Shown here one piece after another: positions 18,904-29,505 of a DNA stretch of 64,000 bases. A program made the translations under genes and the position numbers. The DNA lies in the NCBI GenBank assembly GCA_000960865.2, contig JZWU02000003.1, forward strand, positions 1 to 64,000, in the 5' to 3' direction. Source of the DNA: Vulcanisaeta sp. AZ3 (GTDB taxonomy: Archaea > Thermoproteota > Thermoprotei > Thermoproteales > Thermocladiaceae). How positions within the stretch are numbered: position 1 is the stretch's first letter; each line of letters opens with the position of its first letter. A model generated the notes under the pieces. It did not search any database, was not told where the DNA came from, and saw only the letters and a list, made by a program, of their open reading frames with translations.

Positions 18904-20832
18904 TTACTCGCCAACTTTTAGGCTTTTCAATGAGAATATAGCAATACCAACTGCTAGTGCTATTAATACTAAGCCCACGGCTAAGAACGCCACATTATAA
19001 TTTATTACGGAGGTACTTACAGCATTTAACGATGCTTGGCTAACGTTTATTGGCTGTATGCTTGTTACTATGTATGCTGCATTGCATGAATTTGTTGAGG
19101 ATGCAAGTTCATAAAGTGCTTGGGAGTATGATGCTGCAAGTTCATAAAGTTGGAGAGCGGCTGCTAAGTTATTCATATTGCCTGTGGAGTTATACGTGGT
19201 TAAGTAGTAGTTACCGAAGTCTATGTAGGATATTGCCAGCATTGGGAATAACCCGCATCTATTCTCTGCCTCATATGTATTGTATATGGCTAGTTTCTTC
19301 ACGTATTTTGTTATGTTAATTAAGTAACCCATACTTACCTGGCCATTCATGGTGGGTAAGAATAATAAATGTAGCATTGCATCATTACTAGATATGGCAT
19401 CGAGGCTTTGCGCTAAGGCTAATGGATAAAGACCGTTTTGATAATTATTCTGTGCATTCTGGACCTCCTGCACCACAGAGTTCATTTCCTGCGCCGCATT
19501 AGTAATACCAACTGCGCTAGATAGTGATAATGTGTACTCTGTTATTGATTGTGCATATACTAAATACATACTTGTTAATTCCTCAAGATAACTACTTGAT
19601 ATTGGTGCACCACCCTTTATAGCATTAAGTACGGCCAACCAATCTCTAAGAGTCTCAATCCTTGCCTTTGCATAGGCGAGATTACTTATAGCGTCAGGAA
19701 TATTGCCACTGGATAGGTCCTGATTAGCCGTACTCAATGATTGTTGTGCGTCCTGTATTCTATCATATATTCCAATCACAATGTCTATGTTTGCTGTGGT
19801 TACGTTATAATGAGATACCATATTCTCATAGGTAGTTAGTTCATTGTTTAATTGGTTTAATAGTTCATAGAGCTGCGTTGATGTATAGTTCTGCATTTCA
19901 TCTTGATAATAATTAATTAATCCTTGGAATCCAAGGCTGGCGGCTGTGTAGTACATGCCTTGGTTAGCATACTTTAGAGCTTGATTAACGTAGTTAGACA
20001 CATTAGGATCTGAGGAATTCATAGCCCCACTCCTCATTAACCTATCGTATATTCTCATCCATAGGAACTTCGTTATATTGATATAGGCTCCATTCTTCAA
20101 CACTTGGCTTGGTAATGAGGGTATTGTTAGGTTAGCACCAGTGAAGTAGTAAATTGCCTGTCTCACGCTCATTATTGGTATGACATCTACACCAAGTTTC
20201 TTTCCATAATCAATTAAATTAATTACCTGACCACTACTTGTTTGATATATTTGCTGGCCATACGGTATTAGCACTATTTCATAGCCCTCCTGAGCTGCTG
20301 CCTTTATTTTAGCCGGCAAACCACCCACTGGTCCTATTGATCCGTCAGGTAATATCATGCCCGTCATGGCTACGTCAGGGTTTAACGTGTGATTTGTTAT
20401 CAATGCCCACATGCCCACAGTCACGTAACCACTCGCTGAAGGGCCCCCAATCTCCAACGTTGTGGGTTCCACGTTTATGAGGAAATTATACTTATCGAAG
20501 GGTTGATTAGCTAAGTAAGTGGCTACCAGCGCTGCTATTTGGGATGATGATAGGAATGTCCCACTTTCAGCCGTTGGTAATGGGCTTGAAGCCACGTACA
20601 CATAGCCTGAGCCGGGTGTTATTGCTGTTATTGTTATGTTTATTACTGTGCCAGTATTATTCGAGGAAACAGCCAGAGCATGTATTGTCACTGACCTCGT
20701 GTAAACTACTAATTGTTGCCACTCACTCGCCAATACCGTTATTAACGAAGCCATTACCAATAATAATATTACAACAGCTACAATGCTAAGCCTCGATGTC
20801 TCGCTCTTCATACAGCATAACGTTGGCCTCAT
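18904..20832 (-). CDS. Membrane-anchored S16 (Lon-type Ser-Lys) serine protease
   Basis: Signal peptide, IGGPSAS, MTGMI.PDG.IGPVGGL.AK, C-terminal TM. Confidence 0.88.
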   Translation of the reverse strand: MRPTLCCMKSETSRLSIVAVVILLLVMASLITVLASEWQQLVVYTRSVTIHALAVSSNNTGTVINITITAITPGSGYVYVASSPLPTAESGTFLSSSQIAALVATYLANQPFDKYNFLINVEPTTLEIGGPSASGYVTVGMWALITNHTLNPDVAMTGMILPDGSIGPVGGLPAKIKAAAQEGYEIVLIPYGQQIYQTSSGQVINLIDYGKKLGVDVIPIMSVRQAIYYFTGANLTIPSLPSQVLKNGAYINITKFLWMRIYDRLMRSGAMNSSDPNVSNYVNQALKYANQGMYYTAASLGFQGLINYYQDEMQNYTSTQLYELLNQLNNELTTYENMVSHYNVTTANIDIVIGIYDRIQDAQQSLSTANQDLSSGNIPDAISNLAYAKARIETLRDWLAVLNAIKGGAPISSSYLEELTSMYLVYAQSITEYTLSLSSAVGITNAAQEMNSVVQEVQNAQNNYQNGLYPLALAQSLDAISSNDAMLHLLFLPTMNGQVSMGYLINITKYVKKLAIYNTYEAENRCGLFPMLAISYIDFGNYYLTTYNSTGNMNNLAAALQLYELAASYSQALYELASSTNSCNAAYIVTSIQPINVSQASLNAVSTSVINYNVAFLAVGLVLIALAVGIAIFSLKSLKVGE

Positions 20833-20903
20833 TATTAATAAAACTTACACACTCCGCACACAGATTAAGTAGATTGAGGAACTCAATTATAGGGACTTTA
20901 AGG

Positions 20904-21845
20904 TCATGATAATAGGGATATTAGGACAGCCTTAGCGGTGTGAAATCTATTCTCTGCCTGATCCCAAACGACACTCTGAGGTCCATCAATTACTTCATCA
21001 GTAACCTCTAAGCCTCGGTGAGCAGGGAGACAATGCATGAAGACTGCTTGCGGCCCTGCCTTCTTCATAATCTCAGTATTAACTTGATAAGGCTTGAATA
21101 CGTTCATTCTCTCCTCAGCCTCGACCTCCATACCCATGCTAACCCAAACATCGGTGTATATGGCATCAACACCCCTAACATCATCAGTATTGTCACTAAT
21201 TACTATATTTGCACCGGTCTTCCTTAATTCCTCAGTTAGAGTTTCCATGAATTTCGTAGGCCAGTACTTCCTGGGCGAGATTACCCTAACTTCCCAACCA
21301 AGCTTAGCACCTATTATCATGAGTGAATGAGCCATGTTATTATCACCATCACCCATGAAAGCCAACTTCAAACCGTCAAGCTTACCCTTAACTTCCCATA
21401 GGGTTAATGCATCAGCTAACACTTGTAATGGGTGCTCCTGATCACTTAATGCATTTATTACCGGTGCAACTGCGTACTTCGCCATCTCTATTAGAGATTC
21501 ATGCTTATAGACTCTGGCGGCTATGGCATCCACGAACCTATCCACGACCCTAGCAGTATCTGCTATTGCCTCACCACGACCTAACTGAAGCTCTTGGGGA
21601 TTGGAGTAAATAACGTGCATACCCAATTGCGTAGCTGCCACATCCAGACTAACCCTTGTTCTTGTGCTTGGCTTCTCAAATATCATAAGTAGAGTCTTAC
21701 CCCTCAATACCTCACTGTATCTATCTCCTTGGTAATACCGAGATTTTAGATCCCGGGATAAGGTCAATAGGTATTTTATTTCGTCCGCTGTGTAGTCCAT
21801 CAGTGTTATGAAATCCCTACCCTTAAGTGCTTTCGTGTTTGTCAT
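20904..21845 (-). CDS. argF: Ornithine carbamoyltransferase
   Basis: STRTR, HPLQ, DVWVSMG, HCLP, QAENR. Confidence 0.96.
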   Translation of the reverse strand: MTNTKALKGRDFITLMDYTADEIKYLLTLSRDLKSRYYQGDRYSEVLRGKTLLMIFEKPSTRTRVSLDVAATQLGMHVIYSNPQELQLGRGEAIADTARVVDRFVDAIAARVYKHESLIEMAKYAVAPVINALSDQEHPLQVLADALTLWEVKGKLDGLKLAFMGDGDNNMAHSLMIIGAKLGWEVRVISPRKYWPTKFMETLTEELRKTGANIVISDNTDDVRGVDAIYTDVWVSMGMEVEAEERMNVFKPYQVNTEIMKKAGPQAVFMHCLPAHRGLEVTDEVIDGPQSVVWDQAENRFHTAKAVLISLLS

Positions 21846-21997
21846 GGCTATGGAATTAACACCGGGGCTTTAAAGCATGACCTTAAGCTTATTGTTAATC
21901 CATTTACGAAGTCAATCCCATAGCCTCACTAATTTTCCCTATGAATACGCGTCTAATAGGCTTAAGGTTTTTAATAAATTAATGATGAGACAATACC

Positions 21998-23107
21998 GTG
22001 GCCAGAAATAGGAATGAAGTATTGAAGGCCCTTGAGGATTGGGGATATTCCGTAACTAATATGGTGTTAAACAATGAGGAGCCTATGCTAGACATACCAG
22101 CAAGGACTCTTAGTAATACTATTTGGGATGAGAAGAGGAGAATGTTAATTCTAGGTCCTGAGAGAATGAAGAGGAGGTTTCTAGATCTCAAGGAGTCCAA
22201 GAGGTTTATGCAAACAATGTTAATGCTTAAATTAATAGTGCAGTCAATTAGGGAGGGAGTCTACCCAACAATAAGAGATCTTTATTACAATGGTAAGCAC
22301 ACTATAGAGTTTAAGGCTGATGCAATAAATAAGGTGATTAGAGAGAATACTTGGGATGAGCAATCAGAGTCTAATGCAGTGATTGAGGATATCGAGGTAG
22401 CTACAGGCATGCTTAGGGAGGAGACGGGGCTTTCGGCTGATGTTAAGGGTAAGGTAGTTGGGCCTATAATTGTTAGGTCGAAGGGTTTCGAGATAGATGC
22501 CACAAAGCTTGGGGACACAGCATTAAGCCTGCCACCAAATCCTGATGATTTAGACATTGTTAAGGTTGAGGCTAATTATGTATTGGTTGTTGAAAAGGAC
22601 GCAATATTCCAAAGGCTCAATAGGGAGGGATTTTGGAATAAGGAGGGTTGTTTATTGATAACTGCGAAGGGAATGCCTGACAGAGCCACTAGGAGGTTTG
22701 TGAGAAGGCTTAATGAGGAGTATGGATTACCGATTTACGTATTGACCGATGGTGATCCATATGGTTGGTATATCTATAGTGTGTATAAGAGTGGTTCTAT
22801 AAAACTGAGTTACGAAAGCGATAGATTGGCGACCCCCAATGCTAAATTCATAGGTGTTACGGCAACTGATATACGAAGTTATAAAATTAGTGATGAATAT
22901 GTGATTAAGGCAACGGATAGAGACTTAAAGAGGGCTCAGGAACTTCTTAAGTACCCATGGTTCCAAAGCGATCGCTGGAAGAAGGAGCTTGAGCTTTTTC
23001 TGAGAAGTAAGAAGAAGGTTGAGATTGAGGCTTTATCAACTCATGGGCTCAAGTTCTTACATGATTATCTAATTGATAAGATTCACGGAAATAAGATCAT
23101 TGATTAG
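21998..23107 (+). CDS. top6A: DNA topoisomerase VI subunit A
   Basis: TIRDLYY, VEKDA, KG.PD.ATR, TDGDPYG. Confidence 0.95.
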   Translation: MARNRNEVLKALEDWGYSVTNMVLNNEEPMLDIPARTLSNTIWDEKRRMLILGPERMKRRFLDLKESKRFMQTMLMLKLIVQSIREGVYPTIRDLYYNGKHTIEFKADAINKVIRENTWDEQSESNAVIEDIEVATGMLREETGLSADVKGKVVGPIIVRSKGFEIDATKLGDTALSLPPNPDDLDIVKVEANYVLVVEKDAIFQRLNREGFWNKEGCLLITAKGMPDRATRRFVRRLNEEYGLPIYVLTDGDPYGWYIYSVYKSGSIKLSYESDRLATPNAKFIGVTATDIRSYKISDEYVIKATDRDLKRAQELLKYPWFQSDRWKKELELFLRSKKKVEIEALSTHGLKFLHDYLIDKIHGNKIID

Positions 23108-23173
23108 AACGATTAACATAACTACACTTGATTGTTGTCTTTTTAAAGGCGTGTCAAGCTTGTAATTACTGTA

Positions 23174-24145
23174 ATGCTTGTTGATAATTATGGAAGGCCA
23201 TGGCTTAAGCTTAGGATTGTCGTTAATAGCATATGTAATTATAGATGCTTATTTTGCCATTTTGAAGGGCAGAGTAAGTTTCTGAATAGGGAGTTAAGTG
23301 CTGAGGATATCGGTTTTGTAGCTTCTGTAGCCAAGGAGCTCGGGGTTGAGGATTTCAAGATCACTGGTGGTGAACCCTTACTACGTAGGGATATTGTTAA
23401 GGTTGTTGATGAATTAAATAGTATTCATCCTAAGGATATATCAATGACCACCAACGGCTACCTCCTAGATATATATGCAAAGGATCTGCATAATCACGGA
23501 CTACAGAGACTCAACATATCGCTGCACTCCCTTGATAGGAGAAAGTATAAGTTCATAACTGGGATTGATGCATTAGACAAAGTACTCGATAATATTGATT
23601 ACATAAGTAACCTAGGCTTTAAGCAAGTGAAACTAAATGTTGTTGTCCTTAAGGGATTAAACACCTATGAATTACCCATGATGATTAGATTCGCCGCAAA
23701 ATACGGCTTCATACTGCAACTCATAGAGTTAATGCCTATGGGTGATGGCTTTCCCGTGTTTGCTAAGTATTATGATGATTTAAGTGAGATAATTAATTGG
23801 CTTAATAGGCATGGTAAGTTGATAGGCACAAGGAAGGACCTACATAATAGACCTATCTTTGAGGTTGATGGTGTTAGAGTGGAGATAGTGAAAAACTATA
23901 ATAACCCAACCTTTTGCGCAGGCTGTACCACAATGAGATTAACGAGTGATGGAAAACTAAAGACTTGTCTCTACAAGGAGCCTGTGATCGATTTATGGCC
24001 ATACATAAGGGCGAGAGATAGAGAAGGCTTGAGGAAGGCTATCATTTATGCGAATTACTTAAGGAGACCTAACTTTATTGAGAATTCATTAAGCGATCTT
24101 GGAGGAATTAGAATTAGGATTCGTATTGATAATTCTCCTCAATGA
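23174..24145 (+). CDS. moaA: GTP 3',8-cyclase MoaA
   Basis: LVD.YGR, CNYRCLFC, TGGEPL, FCAGC..MRLTSDGKLKTCL. Confidence 0.92.
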   Translation: MLVDNYGRPWLKLRIVVNSICNYRCLFCHFEGQSKFLNRELSAEDIGFVASVAKELGVEDFKITGGEPLLRRDIVKVVDELNSIHPKDISMTTNGYLLDIYAKDLHNHGLQRLNISLHSLDRRKYKFITGIDALDKVLDNIDYISNLGFKQVKLNVVVLKGLNTYELPMMIRFAAKYGFILQLIELMPMGDGFPVFAKYYDDLSEIINWLNRHGKLIGTRKDLHNRPIFEVDGVRVEIVKNYNNPTFCAGCTTMRLTSDGKLKTCLYKEPVIDLWPYIRARDREGLRKAIIYANYLRRPNFIENSLSDLGGIRIRIRIDNSPQ

Positions 24146-24467
24146 CTCTCTTCTCAAGTATATACTTAATACCCCTATAACTACTGATCAATTCTATCAT
24201 AATCTCGATGGGCCTAATGGACTTTATGACTTCATTCATTATCTCGTTTATCAAATCCTCATGATAAATAACTCTACCCTTAAATCCATCCAAGTAGTCC
24301 TTCAGACTACCTAGTTCTAAGTATACACAATTCTTATCATTACACCTAGGCCTATACGTAATTCTAATGGTATAATCATCAATGCTATTATCAACAGGGC
24401 ACACAGCTGTGAATCTAGATTCAATCTCAACATTATTAACGGGCTTGGCAATTACGACCGTAATCAT
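24114..24467 (-). CDS. QueF-like (QueF-L) archaeosine synthase, T-fold amidinotransferase
   Basis: AVCP.....D.Y...I.Y.P and HE.L motifs as in crenarchaeal QueF-L; lacks the QueF NADPH motif. Confidence 0.8.
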   Translation of the reverse strand: MITVVIAKPVNNVEIESRFTAVCPVDNSIDDYTIRITYRPRCNDKNCVYLELGSLKDYLDGFKGRVIYHEDLINEIMNEVIKSIRPIEIMIELISSYRGIKYILEKRVIEENYQYES

Positions 24468-24994
24468 CTACTGAGCAGTATACCCTCAATATTTATACAT
24501 AATCCTCTCTCAATGCATAACTTCCTAATCATTCCTCTCAACTTCTCGAGCTCTGTCTCATTTATCCACACATTAACCAACTCCTCATCACCTGAGAGAA
24601 AGGTTACTGACCAAGTATTAAACCTAGGTATGTTGAGTCTAGGTATGTTGGGTATGATTTTCACGCCTCTTAATTTGACAGTATTTATAACGGGCCTAGT
24701 TCTAATCCTAGTTAATCTATGTATTGGTAGTTCCACTCTTTCGGAACCTCTAATCACCATTACACGGTCTACATATATCGCAACTTCATTTCTCTTAATG
24801 GTTCTCTTAGCTAGAATCATAATTAAGGCTATGAATATTGGTGGTACGGAGGCTATCACTGAGTCGATTATTGAGCGCGTAATTACGTATATGGCGATTA
24901 AACCCACCAGCATTAGAGTAATAATTATATATGCCGATAACGTGACAGCAAAAGCCGGATCCTCAACCACATGCCATAGAGGCCTATCGCTCAT
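24464..24994 (-). CDS. Hypothetical two-TM protein with C-terminal PH-like beta domain
   Basis: Two TM helices then a beta-rich region; 4-nt overlap with the QueF-L start. Confidence 0.7.
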   Translation of the reverse strand: MSDRPLWHVVEDPAFAVTLSAYIIITLMLVGLIAIYVITRSIIDSVIASVPPIFIALIMILAKRTIKRNEVAIYVDRVMVIRGSERVELPIHRLTRIRTRPVINTVKLRGVKIIPNIPRLNIPRFNTWSVTFLSGDEELVNVWINETELEKLRGMIRKLCIERGLCINIEGILLSR

Positions 24995-25027
24995 TACTAA
25001 TTAAATTATTAACGCTGCATTAATAAT

Positions 25028-25897
25028 TTATTCCACGAATTCATTTAACCCAGTCCTGTTTACAGGCATTCTCCAATCGATACCGAGAGTCCTCATACTA
25101 ACCCTAGTAATTATTGGAGTCCTCCTCTTATGTTCACTATTCAGAACTCTACGCCAAACAGCTTGAACAAATTCGAGAGGCTTACCAGTAGCCACCGCAG
25201 CTTGCTCCTCATTCATCCTATAATCAACCAATGCATGCAGTATAACATCAACATCCTCATATTTAACACCCAACTCACCCTCGGCTGTCTGTCCCTCCCA
25301 AAGCCTTGGACTTGATGGCTTGAAGGTAATACGGTCAGGTAAACCTAGGTATCTTCCCAAGTACCTCACCTGGGTTTTGTATAAGTCACCAATGGGTAGT
25401 ATGTCGACACCTCCATCACCATATTTCGTATAGTAACCAATGAGTAACTCGCTCTTATCACCAGTACCGGCAACAACCTTATTGAACTTATTAGCAAAGT
25501 AGTAAAGTATGGTCATCCTAATCCTAGGCAATAAATTACCCGCAGAAATCCTATCACTCTCATCAAACACTGGTATTGACCTCACAAAGGCACTCCTAAT
25601 GTCATTAATGTCTATGTGATAATACTTAATGCCCAAGGTCTCAGCTATGAACTTAGCATCCTCAATATCCTCAGGGGGCGTTGTCTTGTACGGCATAATT
25701 AAGCCTATAACATCCTCATTACCCAAGGCCTTAACTAGTAGACATGTTGTGACACTTGAATCAACACCGCCGCTAAGTCCAATCACAGCACCTGTAGCTC
25801 CTGAATCTCTTATGTAGGACCTAATGAAATCGGAAATTCTTCTAACAACATATTCATAGTCAATTCTTATTAAATCCTCAAGCGTTATTCTAGGCAT
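25028..25897 (-). CDS. nadE: NH3-dependent NAD+ synthetase
   Basis: GLSGGVDS, N..PRIRM, GY.TKYGDG, DLYKTQV, EHKR; no fused glutaminase domain. Confidence 0.95.
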   Translation of the reverse strand: MPRITLEDLIRIDYEYVVRRISDFIRSYIRDSGATGAVIGLSGGVDSSVTTCLLVKALGNEDVIGLIMPYKTTPPEDIEDAKFIAETLGIKYYHIDINDIRSAFVRSIPVFDESDRISAGNLLPRIRMTILYYFANKFNKVVAGTGDKSELLIGYYTKYGDGGVDILPIGDLYKTQVRYLGRYLGLPDRITFKPSSPRLWEGQTAEGELGVKYEDVDVILHALVDYRMNEEQAAVATGKPLEFVQAVWRRVLNSEHKRRTPIITRVSMRTLGIDWRMPVNRTGLNEFVE

Positions 25898-26085
25898 TAA
25901 TTAAAACACAATCCGGGTATTTAAAAACCAATCATAAATAATCAGTTAGGTCTCCATAATAATCAGTGCCAGATATGTCATGAATATCCTTCCCATACGC
26001 TCAATCTGTATCCTAATGGAGGTATGAGGTATACAATTATTTTGGCGAATCAACTTTATAATTTAGTTCTTAATCAATTCTTTTT

Positions 26086-26979
26086 GTGCTTAGGTTTCAT
26101 CTGCTTCAGTTCAGTAGTAAGTTAGGGGACGTGGGGTTTAACCTTAATAGATTAATTAAGTATATGGAGGTTAATTGTAAGGGTGATGGTGCTGATGTCC
26201 TAATTACACCGGAACTTTATCTCCCAGGTTATATGTCTAAAGACATATTCTTCCAAATTGCTGAACCAATAAATGGAAAGACAATTACAAAGCTCGTACT
26301 AGAGGCTAAGAGGAGGAATTGCCATTTAATAACCGGCTTTGCCGAGAGAGATGAGAGGACTCACGTACTTTACAACACCGCAGTTGCTATAGGCCCGGAT
26401 GGCGTGCTTGCTGTTTATAGGAAGAGGCATTTACCGACATATGGCGTTTTCGATGAGTATAGGTATTTCGGTATTGGTAAAGGTGATGTGCCAGTTATAG
26501 ACATTAATGGACATAGGGTAGGTTTGGCAATATGTTATGATGCATTTTATCCAGAGGTCTCGAGGGTGATGATGCTAAAGGGCGCTGAGGCTCATGTTTA
26601 CATAAGTGCAGCTCCTGATATGTCTAGGGTTCATTTTGAAACATTTATGGTAGCCAGGGCTCTAGAGAACGTGGCCTATACTGTTTATGTGAATACTGTT
26701 GGGCAGTATGATGGACTTGGCTTCTTTGGCGGTAGTCACGTAGTTAATCCCTTGGGCGTGGTACTTACCAAGGCTAAGTATTATGAGGAGGATATTAAGA
26801 TTATAGAGATCGACCCAAGTGATATCGTTAATTACAGGAGCCATAGACCAATACTCAAGGACTTAGATCCAACAGACATAGATCTAACCGTCAAGGCCTT
26901 AAATGAGTATCTAACGCCTAAATCACCAATAATTAAGGTTAAGGAAGAAGAAATACTAACTCCCTCTAGTCCCAAATAA
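26086..26979 (+). CDS. Nitrilase/carbon-nitrogen hydrolase
   Basis: E-K-C triad: PEL, YRKRHLPTYGVFDE, ICYD. Confidence 0.9.
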   Translation: MLRFHLLQFSSKLGDVGFNLNRLIKYMEVNCKGDGADVLITPELYLPGYMSKDIFFQIAEPINGKTITKLVLEAKRRNCHLITGFAERDERTHVLYNTAVAIGPDGVLAVYRKRHLPTYGVFDEYRYFGIGKGDVPVIDINGHRVGLAICYDAFYPEVSRVMMLKGAEAHVYISAAPDMSRVHFETFMVARALENVAYTVYVNTVGQYDGLGFFGGSHVVNPLGVVLTKAKYYEEDIKIIEIDPSDIVNYRSHRPILKDLDPTDIDLTVKALNEYLTPKSPIIKVKEEEILTPSSPK

Positions 26980-27033
26980 CGAGTCTTCTTGAGAATCGAA
27001 TGTTTTTGATATTCCGTTTAACCTTTTAACCTT

Positions 27034-28281
27034 CTACTTTAATTGGTCAATTATTTCTATTAGTGCATCACCAAACTCCTTCGTACCTAATGGCTGAACA
27101 CCCATAAACCTGGCTAAGTCCTGAGTTACTCTCTTCTGATTCACAGCCTCATTTATTGCCTTGTCAATAAGATCCGCAGCCTCCCTCCATCCCATAAACC
27201 TCAGCATTAACTCACCACCCCTAATAATACCTGTTGGATTAGCCACATTCTTACCCGCATACTTGGGTGCAGTCCCGTGGACTGCCTCAAACATACCACC
27301 AGTATCACCAACATTAGCACCACCCAACACGCCTATATCACCTATGAGAGCTCCCGCCGCATCACTTATGTAATCACCATTTAGGTTTGGTGCAAGTATT
27401 ACGTCATAATTCTCAGGTCTTGTTATTATTTGCTGGAACATATTATCTGCGATTCTATCATTAACTAAGATCTTGCCAGGTGGCACCTTACCACCATAGA
27501 CCTTATTAACCTCATCTTCAGTGACCACGTAATCTCTAAACTCCTTAAGAACAATCTCATAAGCCCACTCCCTAAAGGCACCCTCAGTATACTTCATTAT
27601 GTTTCCTTTATGCATGATAGTCACGGACCTCCTTTTATTATCAATGGCAAACTTAAAAGCAAACCTGGCAACTCTCTGAGTCTTATACTTACTAATTGGT
27701 TTAATGCCTATTCCAGTGTCATCCTCAATCTCAACCTTAAGTTCCTCTCTAAGGATCTTCCTCAACTTAGCCGCTTCAGGGCTGTCCCAACTCCACTCAA
27801 TGCCGCGGTATAGGTCGTCTGTATTCTCCCTAATTATCACTAAATCAATTCTCTCTGGATGCTTAAGTGGTGACTCCAGACCTGGCATATACTTAACGGG
27901 TCTTACATTAGCATAAGCATCCAGGAGCATCCTAATGGCTACGTTTATTGACCTCCAACCACCACCGATAGGAGTCTCTAGAGGACCCTTAAGGACAACC
28001 CTATACTTATTTATTAGATTTACTGTTTCCTCGGGAAATCTATTGCCATAAATTCTCTCAGCCTCCTCACCAGCATATACCTTAGCCCACTTAATCTCCC
28101 TGGAACTTCCGTAAGCTCTCTCCACAGCCTTATTAATCACTTTAATAGCTACATTGGTAATCTCAGGGCCTATACCATCACCCTCTATGTAGAGTATTAT
28201 CGGTTTATTGGGAACTCTCCAAACGCCACCCTGCGCGATGATGGGCTCGCCATCATCAGGTATTTTCACCCTAGATGCCAT
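27034..28281 (-). CDS. icd: NADP-dependent isocitrate dehydrogenase
   Basis: GDGIGPE, KGPLETP, HKGNIMK, NLNGDYISD, HGTAPKY. Confidence 0.96.
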   Translation of the reverse strand: MASRVKIPDDGEPIIAQGGVWRVPNKPIILYIEGDGIGPEITNVAIKVINKAVERAYGSSREIKWAKVYAGEEAERIYGNRFPEETVNLINKYRVVLKGPLETPIGGGWRSINVAIRMLLDAYANVRPVKYMPGLESPLKHPERIDLVIIRENTDDLYRGIEWSWDSPEAAKLRKILREELKVEIEDDTGIGIKPISKYKTQRVARFAFKFAIDNKRRSVTIMHKGNIMKYTEGAFREWAYEIVLKEFRDYVVTEDEVNKVYGGKVPPGKILVNDRIADNMFQQIITRPENYDVILAPNLNGDYISDAAGALIGDIGVLGGANVGDTGGMFEAVHGTAPKYAGKNVANPTGIIRGGELMLRFMGWREAADLIDKAINEAVNQKRVTQDLARFMGVQPLGTKEFGDALIEIIDQLK

Positions 28282-28334
28282 CTGGTTTGTTTATCTCTTT
28301 ACGCTTTTAAGTTTTTAATAATCCAATAAACACT

Positions 28335-29168
28335 GTGATCTCACGAAAAGCAACATTATACCTAGTTGGACTAGGCTTAAGCGCTGGGAACATTACAGTG
28401 GAGGCTCTCGACTTAATAAAGAAAGTCGATTCTATATTCCTAGAGACCTATACCTCAAAAGCACCAGGCGACTTAATCAATCGCATTATGGAGATAAGGA
28501 GTGATACTAGGTCTGTGACTAGAAGAGATCTTGAAGATAGGGAGGGAGAGGCTCTTATTAATGAGTTGAGTAAGGGGCATGATGTAGCTCTACTAGTCAT
28601 TGGGGATCCTATGATTGCAACAACTCACGCAGCATTAGCCGTAACAGTCAAGAGAAGGGGATTCAATGTTAGGGTTGTTAATTCCGTAAGTATAATATGT
28701 GCATTATTAAACCAACTAGGGCTCTCACCATATAAGCTGGGCCTGATGGCAACAATTACATACCCAAGGATGGGAGTACTGAGTATGAGGGCTTATGATG
28801 TACTCCTTGATAACCTAAGACGCGGGCTGCATACAATTTTATTGCTCGATATTAGGGATGATGGGGGGTTTATGGATGTGAAAGATGCTGCAAATATACT
28901 CATTAGGATGGAGAATAATAGGGGGCTTGGTGTGATCAATGAGAAATTGTTGGTTATTTACGCAGCGAGGATTGGGTGGGAGGACCAGGAAATAGTAGGA
29001 TCAACAATAAAAGCAGTGCCTAACCTAGGGGATCCACCGCATACCATAGTGATACCCGGTATACTCAATCCTGTGGAGATTGATTACCTAGTCCATGTAA
29101 TTGGTATTAATAATGATTTAGTACTTAATCACATGAAGTTTGTTGAAGAGTTCACGAGGAGGACATGA
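28335..29168 (+). CDS. dph5: Diphthine synthase
   Basis: LVGLGL, ETYTS, GDPMIATTH, GLHT.LLLD. Confidence 0.92.
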   Translation: MISRKATLYLVGLGLSAGNITVEALDLIKKVDSIFLETYTSKAPGDLINRIMEIRSDTRSVTRRDLEDREGEALINELSKGHDVALLVIGDPMIATTHAALAVTVKRRGFNVRVVNSVSIICALLNQLGLSPYKLGLMATITYPRMGVLSMRAYDVLLDNLRRGLHTILLLDIRDDGGFMDVKDAANILIRMENNRGLGVINEKLLVIYAARIGWEDQEIVGSTIKAVPNLGDPPHTIVIPGILNPVEIDYLVHVIGINNDLVLNHMKFVEEFTRRT

Positions 29169-29423
29169 TTAGTGAGGTACATTCCTACGGAAAATAACCA
29201 CGCCATCCTTCCTCCTAATTTCTACAACCCTATGGTATGGTATATAGGTCTCTCTACCATCCTTACCTACGTAGGTAAACCCATCCCTACTTATGGCAGT
29301 TAACCTAGATAAATCAATAACTTCCTCATTGTTTGGTGAGCCTCTCGATACATAAATCAACATGTGATTATCTAATTGATTAGTCCATTTCAATTTATTG
29401 AGTATATCCCTAATTGTTACCAC
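29169..29423 (-). CDS. DUF504/UPF0248 small protein
   Basis: IRDILNKLKW...Y.SRG...IPYHRV. Confidence 0.85.
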   Translation of the reverse strand: MVTIRDILNKLKWTNQLDNHMLIYVSRGSPNNEEVIDLSRLTAISRDGFTYVGKDGRETYIPYHRVVEIRRKDGVVIFRRNVPH

Positions 29424-29505
29424 ACATTGATTACACTATGCAACTATTTATTATTAAACCTATGACTCCCTAATTCTTATTAAGTACTTAATTCGTTAGT
29501 ACCCA

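Noticed and set aside
21982-22035. C/D-like pattern ATGATGA...CAGA...GGAATGA...TTGA over the top6A start
   Set aside because: Box D is imperfect, there is no convincing target, and the TATA at ~21968 would put the start site downstream of box C
25942-25985. Minus-strand pair of CTGA boxes in the nadE-nitrilase spacer
   Set aside because: Box C (TTCATGA) and box C' are degenerate and no target was recognised
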